A stretch of 64,000 bases of DNA from an uncultured Verrucomicrobiae bacterium (GCA_963776165.1 CAVZLI010000001.1:2390-66389); one strand, 5' to 3'. Shown: positions 9,787 to 19,534, numbered from the stretch's first letter. A program made the numbers and translations. The notes: generated by a model from the letters alone, not told the origin.

Positions 9787-9806
9787 CGCGCCCCGCGGGG
9801 AATCCG

Positions 9807-10280
9807 ATGCTACTTTACCTTCTCCGGCATGCCGAGGCCGAGGCCTTGGCCGAGAGCGACCGTCTGCGCCAGCTCACCCCGAAAGGGGAGGAGCAGGCGG
9901 CCAAGGTCGGCAAATTCTGCCTCAAACACGGGATCGAACCCACGGTGATCCTGACCAGTCCCGTGGTCCGTGCGCGTCAGACGGCCGACCGGGTAGCGAA
10001 GAGTCTGACCGGAGCGGAAATGATCGAAGCTCCATGGGCCGCGTGCGGGATGGATGCATTCCGAGCGATGGAGGAATTGGCGGCCTACCACGAATTTCCC
10101 GCGGTCATGCTGGTCGGCCATCAACCGGACCTCGGCTTTCTCGCCGCCACCCTGCTCGGCATGGAGAACGTGCAAAATTTGCGCGTGCGCAAAGCCCTCC
10201 TCGCTTCGATCGACACGGCGGCCGGGCTGAAAGCGGGGGCGGGGAAGCTGCAATTTTTCCTGCCGGTGCGTTTGATGTGA
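9807..10280 (+). CDS. sixA: Phosphohistidine phosphatase SixA
   Basis: MLLYLLRHAEAE.. carries the RHG-type histidine phosphatase motif and the size is SixA-like (~157 aa). An alternative GTG at 9783 overlaps the fabG stop. Confidence 0.8.
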   Translation: MLLYLLRHAEAEALAESDRLRQLTPKGEEQAAKVGKFCLKHGIEPTVILTSPVVRARQTADRVAKSLTGAEMIEAPWAACGMDAFRAMEELAAYHEFPAVMLVGHQPDLGFLAATLLGMENVQNLRVRKALLASIDTAAGLKAGAGKLQFFLPVRLM

Positions 10281-10300
10281 CGCGCCGGCGACGCGCGCTC

Positions 10301-11125
10301 ATGGAGCCGGAAATCAACCTGCGGGCCACGCTGGAATGCGGCCAGGTTTTCCATTGGCAGGAGCGTGATGACGGGGCGTGGGAGGGATTGATCGGGAACG
10401 TTCGCGCGGTGGTGCGGGAAAATGCCGGCGGCTTGGAGGTCATGCAGGGCGAACCCGCGGCCGTGGCGCGTTATTTCGCCCTCGACCACGATCTCGGGCG
10501 GATCTACGCCGGCTTCCCCCGGGATGCGACGATGCTTGCAGCCTTGGACTTTTGCCGTGGGTTGCGGATCATCCGTCAGCCGGCTTGGGAATGCTTGGCC
10601 ACCTTCATCACCTCGTCCATGAAACAAGTGACGCATATCCGCCAGATGTCGCACGCGTTGCGCGCGCGTTTCGGGCGTGCCGTGCGGGGGACGGGACTGC
10701 GGTCCTATCCGTCGCCCGCGGCCCTGGCCGCGGCGTCCGAGGAGGAGTTGCGGAGCTGCGGCCTCGGCTACCGCGCGAAAAACCTGCGCGCCACCGCGCA
10801 ACGCGTGGCCTCCGGCGAAGCCGACCTCGAGGCGTGGCGGCAACTCGACGACGGGGCATTGCGCGAGGCGCTCTGCACCTTGCCGGGGGTCGGGCGCAAG
10901 GTGGCCAACTGCGTCATGCTTTTCGGCTTCGAGCGCTGCGGGGCTTTCCCGGTCGACACGTGGATCGGGCGCATCATGCGGCAGCACTACTGGCGCGGGC
11001 GCGCCAAGCCGACGCCTCTGGCGCTCGAGCGCCGTTTGGCCAAGCGCTTCGGCCCGCACGCGGGCTACGCGCAGCAATACCTTTTCCACCATGCGCGTAT
11101 GACACAAAAGAGGGCGCGCCGGTGA
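10301..11125 (+). CDS. ogg: 8-oxoguanine DNA glycosylase / HhH-GPD family (Ogg-type)
   Basis: LPGVGRKVANCVMLFGF..FPVDTWI matches the HhH-GPD motif with the catalytic Lys and Asp (hOGG1 GVGTKVADC..PVD). Confidence 0.8.
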   Translation: MEPEINLRATLECGQVFHWQERDDGAWEGLIGNVRAVVRENAGGLEVMQGEPAAVARYFALDHDLGRIYAGFPRDATMLAALDFCRGLRIIRQPAWECLATFITSSMKQVTHIRQMSHALRARFGRAVRGTGLRSYPSPAALAAASEEELRSCGLGYRAKNLRATAQRVASGEADLEAWRQLDDGALREALCTLPGVGRKVANCVMLFGFERCGAFPVDTWIGRIMRQHYWRGRAKPTPLALERRLAKRFGPHAGYAQQYLFHHARMTQKRARR

Positions 11126-12084
11126 TTGCCGTGCAGACCAGGCGGAAACGCGGATTGCGCCGGGCCACGGTGCTGGCTTTGGCTTTTTCGCTTCTGATCC
11201 ACCTTGTGGCCATCCTCACCGTGGCTTGGGTTTATCTCGCAGAGTCCTCCCCGCCACCGGAAGAGATCACCGAGATCGAAATCACCCTCATCGAACCGCC
11301 GGCTCCGCAGACACCGCAATTCGTCGACTCCGACGCCCCCGAGTCCGAACCGCCGGAGCAGGCCGCGTTCCAATCGGACCGCGACACTGCGGCGGCCGCG
11401 CCCGAGGCGGCGCAGGGGGATTTGCCCGTGCCCACGCAGGAGGGGCGCGAACAGCCGTTCCTGGATTTGCAGAACACCGAATTGGCCATGGCGCAGCCGG
11501 CCGAGACGGCGCCAGCCCCGGAGGTTCCGCCCAGCGAGGTCGCGCCGCCTGAGCCTTCCGCCGAACCCGCCGAGGAAAAGCCCGTCGAGGAAAGCCCGCC
11601 CGAGCCGGACGCCTTGTTGGCCATGAACCAGCCCCGTCGCGAGGAGGAGAAGGAGCCGCGCGACCAACCGCAACCGCCGGCCCCGCCCCCGGCGCGACCG
11701 GCTTTCCAACGTCAGGCCCGGCCGACACGTTTGCGCGGCAGCGTGGACAGCACGGGGCGCTCCGCCGTCAATTCGGTCAAGACGCCGCTCGGTCGCTATC
11801 GCAAGGCGATCAGCGACGCCATCGGGTCGAGTTGGTATTATTACATCGGCCCGCGGCTGGACATGTTCAGCTACGGGACCCTGAGCGTGGTCTTCACCGT
11901 GGACCGCAACGGCAAAGTGCGCAAACCGCGGGTTAGTTCGAATACCTCGAATGAAAGTTTTGAAATCGTCACCTTGGAGTCTATCTTGGCCGCCGAAATC
12001 CCGCCCATTCCTCCGGACGTCTTGCCCGAGTTGGAAGGCGGCCGGATCGAGATCGATTACACTTTCAGCATCATCACGGACTAA
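11122..12084 (+). CDS. TonB-like energy transducer
   Basis: The GTG overlaps the ogg stop (GTGA). The protein has an N-terminal TM helix, a long Pro/Glu-rich spacer and a C-terminal TonB-C-like domain, and it directly precedes exbB-exbD. Confidence 0.7.
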   Translation: MIAVQTRRKRGLRRATVLALAFSLLIHLVAILTVAWVYLAESSPPPEEITEIEITLIEPPAPQTPQFVDSDAPESEPPEQAAFQSDRDTAAAAPEAAQGDLPVPTQEGREQPFLDLQNTELAMAQPAETAPAPEVPPSEVAPPEPSAEPAEEKPVEESPPEPDALLAMNQPRREEEKEPRDQPQPPAPPPARPAFQRQARPTRLRGSVDSTGRSAVNSVKTPLGRYRKAISDAIGSSWYYYIGPRLDMFSYGTLSVVFTVDRNGKVRKPRVSSNTSNESFEIVTLESILAAEIPPIPPDVLPELEGGRIEIDYTFSIITD

Positions 12085-12087
12085 AGC

Positions 12088-12717
12088 ATGGGCGAGGCGA
12101 TATCAGGGGCGGCGCAATTTTTCCTGCACGGGGGCTTCTTCATGCTGCTCTTGCTGGTGCTTTCCATCGTAGCCGGGACCGTCATCCTCTTGCGCGCCTC
12201 CGCCCTGCGGGAGCATCTGGTCGCGCCGCCGGAATTGGAAACAGCCATCGAGCGCGTGCAGCCCGGCGATTCGCTCGAGGGATTGAAGCGCGCTGTGCGG
12301 CTGCATCCTTCGCCGCTCGGGCGCATCATCACCGTCTGCCTCGACCATCTCAACTGGCCGCGTCAGGAGAACATCGAAGCCGTGCAGGTGCGCGCGCGGC
12401 ACGAGGTCGTCGGCATGGAGAACGGCTTGTCCGTGCTCGAGGTGACCACCGGCGTGGCGCCTTTGCTCGGGTTGCTCGGCACGTTGTCCGGTCTGGTGTC
12501 CGTCTTTGCCAACCTTGGCGAAGGGAGCACGGGCGATCCGGTGGCGGTGGCGCGCGGCATTTCCGAGGCGCTCAACACAACGATCGTCGGCCTGGCGGTG
12601 GCGGCGCCCAGCCTCATCGCCCACAATTATTTCCAGCGCAAGATCGAGACCATGGCCGTGAGCATGGAAGGCCTCGTGGCCGACCTGCTGGCCAAGTGCT
12701 ACCCGGAGCACCGGTAA
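12088..12717 (+). CDS. exbB: MotA/TolQ/ExbB proton channel protein
   Basis: Three TM segments and the conserved GVAPLLGLLGTLSGLV..ALNTTIVGLAVAAP region. Confidence 0.85.
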   Translation: MGEAISGAAQFFLHGGFFMLLLLVLSIVAGTVILLRASALREHLVAPPELETAIERVQPGDSLEGLKRAVRLHPSPLGRIITVCLDHLNWPRQENIEAVQVRARHEVVGMENGLSVLEVTTGVAPLLGLLGTLSGLVSVFANLGEGSTGDPVAVARGISEALNTTIVGLAVAAPSLIAHNYFQRKIETMAVSMEGLVADLLAKCYPEHR

Positions 12718-12723
12718 GTCGCC

Positions 12724-13152
12724 GTGGGTGCGGGTTTCTACACGCGGAAACGGCGGTCGCCGGTGGTCATCATTGTGTCGTTGATCGATATTCTGGCGAT
12801 TCTGCTGATTTTTTTCATCGTCACTACGACTTTCAAAAAGAACCTCCCGCAGCTGAAGATCGCCCTGCCGGAATCGAAGGCGGCCACCGCCACCGAGAAA
12901 AAGGAGGAGCCTTTCATTCTCGAGGTGCAGGACGAAACGACCATGCAGCTGAACGGCAAGCCGGTCACCTTGGACGGGTTGGCCGTGGCTCTGCGCGAAA
13001 CCAACGCCTCCGCGCCCGAGCGCGGCATCGCCCTGCAGGCCGACGAGGGCGTGCCCTTCCGTGTCATTGTCCGCATCATCGACGCCCTGCGCGAGGCGGG
13101 GATCCGCAACCTGCCGGCATTTGCGCGCCCGCCCGAAGCGGGGCAGAATTGA
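12724..13152 (+). CDS. exbD: Biopolymer transport protein ExbD/TolR
   Basis: The N-terminus RRSPVVIIVSLIDILAILLIFFIV is typical of ExbD/TolR, and the protein is 142 aa. Confidence 0.85.
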   Translation: MGAGFYTRKRRSPVVIIVSLIDILAILLIFFIVTTTFKKNLPQLKIALPESKAATATEKKEEPFILEVQDETTMQLNGKPVTLDGLAVALRETNASAPERGIALQADEGVPFRVIVRIIDALREAGIRNLPAFARPPEAGQN

Positions 13153-13155
13153 ACC

Positions 13156-13707
13156 ATGTTGGAGATCACCAAACTCGGTCATCCCGTGCTGCGGGCCAAA
13201 GCGGAACCGGTCGCCGCGATCGACGCGCCTTTGCGCCGCCTCGCGGAGGATATGCTCGAGACCATGTATGCGCATGACGGTTGCGGCTTGGCCGGCAATC
13301 AGGTCGGCGTGACCAAACGGATCATTGTCATCGACACCCGCGAGGCGAAAAAGCGCCCGAGCGTCCTCCGCATCGGCGGCAAATCGCGCCCGGTCCACAA
13401 GCACATGCCCATGGTGCTGGTGAATCCCGAGCTCGAATTCGGCCCCGGCCAAGAGTCCGGCAGCGAAGCCTGCCTGAGCATTCCCGGCATCGCCGGCGAA
13501 GTGGAGCGTCCGCCCATGGTCCGCCTGCGCGCCCTCGACCTCGACGGCAACACGGTGGAATTCGAGGCGGAGGGTTTGCTTTCCCGCGCCTTGCAGCACG
13601 AGGTCGACCATCTGGACGGGATTCTCTTTATCGACCGGCTCGATGCCGAAGAACGGCGGCGCGTGGCCGAGGAATTGCACGAGGCGGCCGGCCGCATGGT
13701 CGGCTGA
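13156..13707 (+). CDS. def: Peptide deformylase
   Basis: All three motifs are present: GCGLAGNQVG, EACLSIPG, QHEVDHLDG. Confidence 0.93.
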   Translation: MLEITKLGHPVLRAKAEPVAAIDAPLRRLAEDMLETMYAHDGCGLAGNQVGVTKRIIVIDTREAKKRPSVLRIGGKSRPVHKHMPMVLVNPELEFGPGQESGSEACLSIPGIAGEVERPPMVRLRALDLDGNTVEFEAEGLLSRALQHEVDHLDGILFIDRLDAEERRRVAEELHEAAGRMVG

Positions 13708-13720
13708 CCATTTTCCCGCG

Positions 13721-14779
13721 ATGAGCCGTCCCGCCCTGCTCGCCGCTTACGAGAAGCTGTCCGCTTTGCTCGGCAAACTGCCCGGGTCGCTGCAGGAGCC
13801 GATCTTGCGCGAACTCGATCCGATCAAGGAAGTGTTCCTGCGCCAGCGCGCGCCGCGGATCGCCGTGCTGGGCGATGCGGGCATCGAATTGCCGGCCTTG
13901 GTCAATGCCCTGGCCGGACGCACCGTGCTCCATGCGCCGCTGATGCGCGGGCCTTGGACCGCGGTGCCGGGGATGGGCACTATTGATCTGGCCGACTTGC
14001 GCGGGTCGGGGGCCTTGGCGGGGGAGCCGGCCGACATTTACCTCTACGCCGGTTCGGCCTCACCTGATCTGGCGGCCGATGCGCGTCGGGCGGCTGAAGT
14101 GCTGGCTGCGGCGCCGCCGCGCGAGGGAGGCAGCCCGCCGGGGCTGGCTGTCGTTGTGCTTGGCGATCAAGAGGACACCGCCGCCGTCTTGTCTGCCTTG
14201 GCCGGGGCGGGTGCCTCGTCGTCGGTGGTTTTCTCCACGCATCTCCCGCGGCGCGGCCTCGAGCACGGGTTCGAGCCGGAGGCGCGCTCGGCACTGGGCG
14301 ACCGCTTGTGCGACTATTTGCCGGAGGACGCGCAGCTCGAGATGGCGCGTTTCCTTTCCGCACGCGGTGCGCAGGCACGTCTGGCCGGCACGGTGCTCAA
14401 GGCCTTCGGGGCCATGGCCGGGGTGATCGGTATGCAACCCATCCCGCTGGCCGATTTTCCCGTCTTGCTTGGCCTGCAGATGTTCATGGTCTCGCTCATC
14501 ATCTACGTGAGCGGGCGCGAGTTTTCCCCGCGGCTGGCCGGAGAATTCGCCGCCTCGCTCGGCCTCGGATTCGGCGCCGGGCTGGTTTTTCGCGAAACGG
14601 CACGGGCCGCGGTGAAGATCCTGCCCGTGTGGGGGCATATGATTTCCGGCGGTGTGGCCGGGGCGGGGACCTACGCGCTGGGGCGGGCCGCCATCGCCTA
14701 CTACATCGAGGGAAAACGCCCGGCACGGGTGCGCGTGCCGTGGCGGCGCAAGCGGTCGCTGCCCGGGCTGGAGGACTGA
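13721..14779 (+). CDS. DUF697-like membrane protein with degenerate GTPase-like N-terminal region
   Basis: ATG at 13721. RIAVLGDAGIELPALVNALAG resembles a G1 P-loop context with GKS replaced. The C-terminal glycine-rich TM region (GAMAGVIGMQPIPLADFPVLLGLQMFMV..) is DUF697-like. Confidence 0.55.
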   Translation: MSRPALLAAYEKLSALLGKLPGSLQEPILRELDPIKEVFLRQRAPRIAVLGDAGIELPALVNALAGRTVLHAPLMRGPWTAVPGMGTIDLADLRGSGALAGEPADIYLYAGSASPDLAADARRAAEVLAAAPPREGGSPPGLAVVVLGDQEDTAAVLSALAGAGASSSVVFSTHLPRRGLEHGFEPEARSALGDRLCDYLPEDAQLEMARFLSARGAQARLAGTVLKAFGAMAGVIGMQPIPLADFPVLLGLQMFMVSLIIYVSGREFSPRLAGEFAASLGLGFGAGLVFRETARAAVKILPVWGHMISGGVAGAGTYALGRAAIAYYIEGKRPARVRVPWRRKRSLPGLED

Positions 14780-14781
14780 CG

Positions 14782-15657
14782 GTGGGGCGCGCCCTGCTCC
14801 AGCCGGAACGGGTTTTTCCCGGAACCTGTGCCTGGAGCTTCGACGACTGGCGCGACGTTTTTTATCCGCACACGCTGCCGCGGAACCGCTGGCTGGAATT
14901 TTACGCGCGCCATTTCCCCGCGGTGGAAATGGACTCGAGCTTCTACCACGTGCCCTCGGCACGGACGGTGGAGCATTGGAGCGAAATGACCGGACCCGGC
15001 TTCCGGTTTTGTCCGAAGTTGCCCAAGACCTTGAGCCATGAAAAACGCCTCGAGGATCCGGCGGCCGAGATTGCCATGATGAGGAAGTTGGCCGACGAAC
15101 TCGGTCCGCGCTTCGGCTGCGCGTTGCTGCAGCTGCCGCCGTCCTTCCACGCGCGACCGCACGAGGAAAAAGTGCTACGGGGCTTTCTCCGTGCTTGGCC
15201 GGAGGCACTGTCCTTGGCTGTCGAGTTCCGGCACGAAAGCTGGAACACCCCGCACGGGGCCCGTTTGCTCGAGGATCGCGGCGCGGCGTGGGTCTGGGCC
15301 GACAACCTGCCGCTCGACGAGCAAAGCCACGCCGGCTTCGGTTTCCGGCCGGTCACGGCACGGCACCTTTACGTGCGCTTGCTCGGCGACTTCCGGACGA
15401 AATACGGACCCGATGGACGCGAGACGCATCGCTACGGACGCCTGCTCTGGCCGCGGGACACGGCGCTCGAGCACTGGGCGGTCAAGCTGCATCACCACGC
15501 GGACGCGGAAGCGATTTATGTCTTCGCCAACAACCATTACGAAGGCATGGCCGTGGAGACGGTGCGCCGACTGGCTGGGAGGCTCGGGTTGCCCCTGCCG
15601 TCCAGACCGGTGGATGACGCGCAACTCGAACTGTTCGGCGGGGAACGGCCCGCTTAG
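14782..15657 (+). CDS. DUF72 (UPF0759) family protein
   Basis: GTCAWSFDDWRDVFYP..LEFYARHFPAVEMDSSFY..LLQLPPSF..AVEFRHESW is the DUF72 pattern. The GTG at 14782 is 2 nt after the previous stop. Confidence 0.8.
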   Translation: MGRALLQPERVFPGTCAWSFDDWRDVFYPHTLPRNRWLEFYARHFPAVEMDSSFYHVPSARTVEHWSEMTGPGFRFCPKLPKTLSHEKRLEDPAAEIAMMRKLADELGPRFGCALLQLPPSFHARPHEEKVLRGFLRAWPEALSLAVEFRHESWNTPHGARLLEDRGAAWVWADNLPLDEQSHAGFGFRPVTARHLYVRLLGDFRTKYGPDGRETHRYGRLLWPRDTALEHWAVKLHHHADAEAIYVFANNHYEGMAVETVRRLAGRLGLPLPSRPVDDAQLELFGGERPA

Positions 15658-15667
15658 GATCCACGCG

Positions 15668-16576
15668 ATGCGCCTGCTTCTCGTCGACGGACACTACTAC
15701 GCCTACCGCTCGTTTTTTGCCATCCGCGACCTGGCTAATTCGCGGGGCGAGCCGACCAATGCGGTGTTCGGTTTCGTCAAGGCGCTGCGCAAGATGCTGT
15801 CCGATGTGAAGCCCGACGCCGCGGCGGTGGTCTGGGATGCCGGACTGCCGGAGCGCCGCATGGAATTGCTGCCGTCCTACAAACAACAGCGCGAGGAAAC
15901 GCCCAGCCAACTGGAGCTTCAATTTCCGGTCATCGAGGAAGCCGCCGCCGCGCTCGGGTTCGGTAATGTCCGTCTGCCCGGCCATGAGGCCGACGACCTG
16001 ATCGCCTCCTACGCCTGCGCCCCGGGGGACGGGAAAGGGGAGGTGGTCATTGCCACCAACGACAAAGATATCTACGCGCTGGTCGACGAGAGGGTCTCGA
16101 TTTATTCGACGAACAAAACCGATCTCAAAGATCCAAAGGACGGCTTTGCTTTGCTCGGTCCGGCCGAGGTGGAGGCGAAGTGGGGGGTTCCGCCGCGGAT
16201 GATTCCCGACGTTTTGGCGCTGACCGGCGATGCGGTGGACAACATTCCCGGCGTCGAAGGAGTCGGACCCAAGACCGCGGCCAAATTGGTGCGCGAGCAC
16301 GGTGCGGTGGCCAAACTGGCGTCCGATCCCGCCGTGATCAAAAACGAAAAATTACGCGACAAGGTTGCCGCCGCAGCCGACCGCCTGCGCCTGAATCTCG
16401 AGCTGGTTCGTCTCGACGACGATCTGCCTTTGCCCGTCGCGGTGAAAGATCTCGGCGTGCACCCCGATCCCGGGGCCATGCTCGAGGTGGCGCGCCGTTG
16501 CGAGTTCCGCAGCCTGCTTGCGGAATACGAAAAACTCGTCGCAGCAGACGGGGCCCGGCAAGGCGAATTGTTCTGA
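15668..16576 (+). CDS. Stand-alone 5'-3' exonuclease / flap endonuclease (Pol I N-terminal domain type)
   Basis: LLLVDGHYYAYRSFFA, EADDLIA, TNDKDIYAL and the H3TH region LTGDAVDNIPGVEGVGPKTAAKL are present. At 302 aa there is no polymerase domain. Confidence 0.85.
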   Translation: MRLLLVDGHYYAYRSFFAIRDLANSRGEPTNAVFGFVKALRKMLSDVKPDAAAVVWDAGLPERRMELLPSYKQQREETPSQLELQFPVIEEAAAALGFGNVRLPGHEADDLIASYACAPGDGKGEVVIATNDKDIYALVDERVSIYSTNKTDLKDPKDGFALLGPAEVEAKWGVPPRMIPDVLALTGDAVDNIPGVEGVGPKTAAKLVREHGAVAKLASDPAVIKNEKLRDKVAAAADRLRLNLELVRLDDDLPLPVAVKDLGVHPDPGAMLEVARRCEFRSLLAEYEKLVAADGARQGELF

Positions 16577-16601
16577 TAAGACCCCTGTCCGCCCCGACCG
16601 G

Positions 16602-17081
16602 TCAGCCCGTCGAGGCCCAACTCCCGTAAGGCCCCGGTGTCGAATCCGCGATCGGCACCGCGCCGACCGCTTTCTTGTAAAAGTCGTCGTCGCCCGATCC
16701 GCCAATCACCGCATAAGCATAACCCGCTTCGGCCAAGCTGTGCAGGGCACGCATGAGCAGTGCGGTGCCGAGGCCCTGACCGCGCAGGTCTTCCCGCACG
16801 CCGGCCGGACCGAAAAATCCGCGGAATGTGACATCATGGCAGGCAAAGCCACAGATTTCTCCCGCGCGGTCCATGGCGAGATGACAGGCAACCGGCATCC
16901 GGGCGAACGCGGCTTCCGCTTCCCCGGCCCAGCGCTCGCCGAAATGCGATTCGACCCAGCGCACCACGGCCCGGCGTTCGGGCGCGAGGGCGCACTTGAT
17001 CTCATAGCCGGCGCCCCGGACACGGGCCAGCGCGGGCGCGGCATCCGGCAGCGCGTAGAGTTTGACCAGCATGTCGCCCAT
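16602..17081 (-). CDS. GNAT family N-acetyltransferase
   Basis: Acetyl-CoA binding motif VREDLRGQGLGTALL; 159 aa. Confidence 0.8.
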   Translation of the reverse strand: MGDMLVKLYALPDAAPALARVRGAGYEIKCALAPERRAVVRWVESHFGERWAGEAEAAFARMPVACHLAMDRAGEICGFACHDVTFRGFFGPAGVREDLRGQGLGTALLMRALHSLAEAGYAYAVIGGSGDDDFYKKAVGAVPIADSTPGPYGSWASTG

Positions 17082-17093
17082 ACGGGGTTTGGT

Positions 17094-17843
17094 TTACGGC
17101 ACCGACAGCACCGGCACGATCCATTTCACCGAGAGGTCGCATGAAGCCGCGCGGGCCACGCCGGAACCCGGACCGCGCGGATCGTCCTCGCCCCAGTAAA
17201 GATCGACCTGGTTGCGGAACAGTCCGCCGCCGGTATCACCCACGCGGTAAAGCGCCGCGCCGAACTGGTTGTAGATCTCCGGATCAAGCACCCAAACTTT
17301 GCGTCCGGACGGCACCAGAGGGTTTTTCGTGTTCACCGCGATGCTTTCGCGAGGCACGAGTTCATTGCCGCGGTTGCCGAGGATCTTGGTGTGGAATTTT
17401 CCGTTGTAGGCGAGGTAGGGCTTTTCTTTGACTGACTCGGCCAGCCGCGCGAAACCTTCCATGCGCGTGGCGCGGATGAAGTCCGCCCCGAACTTCCGCC
17501 CGCCGGAGCCCTTCATCACCTTCGGCGTCATGTCGAAACCGCGCCCGGCCGTGAAGCCCGTTTCCAGGGGTGTGTAGTAAACCGTGCAGAAGAAATAGTG
17601 CGCAGGCGGCGGCTCGTTGAAGGTGTCATAGAGGGTTCCCATCATGTCGGTGAAAAAGCGCAGGCCCGGCGCCGGAACGGCCTGCGGCGGCACAACGTCG
17701 GCGAACTCTTCCGGAGTGCCCAGCAGTCCCTCGGGCGATGTCGTGTGGTTGATCAACTCCTGCCATGTCACGCGGGCTTGCAGGCCGGTGGCGGGCAGGA
17801 ACAAAAGGGCGCCCGAGAGAACGAGTGCTTCAAAGGGTTTCAT
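17094..17843 (-). CDS. Secreted 3D-domain protein (MltA-like fold)
   Basis: The ATG at complement 17843 gives the signal peptide MKPFEALVLSGALLFLPATG. The C-terminal RVGDTGGGLFRNQVDLYWGED is the 3D-domain signature. Confidence 0.7.
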   Translation of the reverse strand: MKPFEALVLSGALLFLPATGLQARVTWQELINHTTSPEGLLGTPEEFADVVPPQAVPAPGLRFFTDMMGTLYDTFNEPPPAHYFFCTVYYTPLETGFTAGRGFDMTPKVMKGSGGRKFGADFIRATRMEGFARLAESVKEKPYLAYNGKFHTKILGNRGNELVPRESIAVNTKNPLVPSGRKVWVLDPEIYNQFGAALYRVGDTGGGLFRNQVDLYWGEDDPRGPGSGVARAASCDLSVKWIVPVLSVP

Positions 17844-18931
17844 CGAAAATGCGCTCGACCGGCCTTCCGCAAAGGATCTCGATCGGCAATTTTTCTTCCT
17901 CGTATTCATAGGGCGGTTGCTTCCAGGCGAAATCCGCGGGATGTAACTCGCGGATAGTGCGGATGATTTCCAAGCCCGTGCGCACCGGGCGGAAGGTCCG
18001 GCGATCGGTGACATGCAATTGTGCGCCGCGGCAGACTTTTCCCGCGTATTTCTGAAACCCCGGTTCGAAGGCCGCCTCGCGGAAGTGCGCGCCGGGCAGG
18101 CCACGGGCCCCCAACGCGGCGGTCAGCTGGCGGCTCTCCATCCACGGAGCTCCGAAAAGCTCGAAGGGGCGCGTCGTGCCCCGTCCCTCGGAGATGTTCG
18201 TGCCCTCGAGCAGGCACATGCCCGGATAAACAACCGCGGTGTCCGGCGTCGGCATGTTGGGCGAGGGCATGATCCAAGGCAGACCCGTCTCGTCGATGTA
18301 GTGCGCACGGTTCCAGTTTTCCACCGGCAGGACGACCAGGTCGACGCCGGGGACGCATTCCTCGCGGAACTGTTCCGCCAATTCCCCGATCGTTTTTCCG
18401 TGCCGCACGGGGAGGGGATGCAGACCGACGAATGACAGATAATCTTCCTGCTGTGGACGCCCTTCGGTGTTGAGTCCGTTGATCGGGTTAGGCCGGTCGG
18501 CCACCACGACGGTGACTCCGTGACGGGCGGCGGCTTGCAGGCAAAGCAGCAGCGTCCAGATGAAGGTGTAGTAGCGCGCACCCACATCGACCAAATCGAC
18601 GAAGAGCACCTCCAGACCATCGAGCATTTCGGCCGTCGGTTCGCGGTGCTTGCCATAGAGGCTGTGCACCGGGAGGCCGAGGCGTGGATGACGATAGCTT
18701 CGCCACTCGATCATGTTGTCCTGCGTCGTGGTCTCGAAACCGTGTTGCGGACCGAACAGCGCGGCGAGGGAGAGTTGACCGGCGGCATCCATTTCCTCGA
18801 GCACGGAAAGAACCGGCCGCAAATCCGACGAGACCGACGCAGCATGGAGGAGGGCGCCGGTCCGGCGTCCGCGCAGGCGCGTCCGGCCAGAGCGCGGGCA
18901 AGCGGTCGACCGGCAGGACGACGCGGCTCAT
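17830..18931 (-). CDS. namZ: Exo-beta-N-acetylmuramidase NamZ / DUF1343 family; one surplus nt near 18877
   Basis: ORF 17830..18822 carries ..ALFGPQHGF..VFVDLVDVGARYYTF..TNISEGRGTTRPFE (DUF1343). The expected N-terminus MSRVVLPVDRLPALWPDA starts at an ATG (complement 18931) that overlaps the skp stop (ATGA), then continues as LRGRRTGALLHAASV.. in the ORF frame after an extra C. Confidence 0.75.
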
Positions 18932-19452
18932 GGCTTCACCCGCGCGGTGATTTCCGCGGTGATGTCGTCTGCTCCGGGCGCGTCGAGGACCTGCGGCAGG
19001 CCGTTGGAGGAGGTGGAGGATTTGTCGAAGACGACGGCGTAATTTTTCTCCGCGTTGAACTCGCGCACCACGCGCAGGATGTCGTCCATGATCTGCGTCT
19101 TGGCCCGGCGGAACTGCTCTTCGATGTTGCGCTCGTTGGTCGTGCCCAACTCGGCGATGGAGCGCTCGAGGGCGTTGGCTTTCTCCAACTCGGCCGCGGC
19201 CTGCTCCCGCTCGCTGGCTCGGAGCAATTCTTGGTGTCTCTGCAAGGCGTTTTTCAACTCGGCCGATGCATCCCGGAACTTCTTGCGCGCCGCATTGCGG
19301 GCTTTGGTCAGTTCGGCCGTGGCTTTGGCCGTGCGCGGATGGGCTTGGAAGACCGCGGTCAGGTCGACGACCGCCCAGCGCGGGGTGTTCTGGCCCATGG
19401 CCGGTCCCGCCACCAGCAGCAGGAGAAACGGCAAGAGAGCGATCCGGCTCAT
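18928..19452 (-). CDS. skp: OmpH/Skp family periplasmic chaperone
   Basis: Signal peptide MSRIALLPFLLLLVAGPAMG, a long coiled-coil-like K/E/A-rich core and the typical C-terminus YAVVFDKS. Confidence 0.8.
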   Translation of the reverse strand: MSRIALLPFLLLLVAGPAMGQNTPRWAVVDLTAVFQAHPRTAKATAELTKARNAARKKFRDASAELKNALQRHQELLRASEREQAAAELEKANALERSIAELGTTNERNIEEQFRRAKTQIMDDILRVVREFNAEKNYAVVFDKSSTSSNGLPQVLDAPGADDITAEITARVKP

Positions 19453-19534
19453 GCCCCTTGCCTCGCACAAATGGCGCCCCGGCGCAATGCCCTCGGCTGT
19501 TGCCAAGCGCCGCCCGAAGCACGAGAATACTGTC

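Noticed and set aside
9683-11125. 480-aa ORF suggesting a large fusion protein upstream of ogg.
   Set aside because: The first ~205 codons overlap fabG and sixA in another frame and look non-coding (Arg/Pro/Gly-rich). Ogg homology begins at the ATG at 10301.
12103-13680. 525-aa ORF on the minus strand. Similar very long ORFs occur at 5499..6734(-), 18488..20017(-), 19987..21003(-), 37892..39484(-), 44751..46343(+), 53065..54702(-) and 10121..11107(-).
   Set aside because: Each lies antisense to, or out of frame with, a gene that has unambiguous family motifs (exbB/exbD/def, photolyase, skp/namZ, fba, PPTase/lemA, ilvD, UGPase, ogg). Their Arg/Gly/Pro/His-rich low-complexity composition is what stop-poor alternative frames of GC-rich DNA produce.
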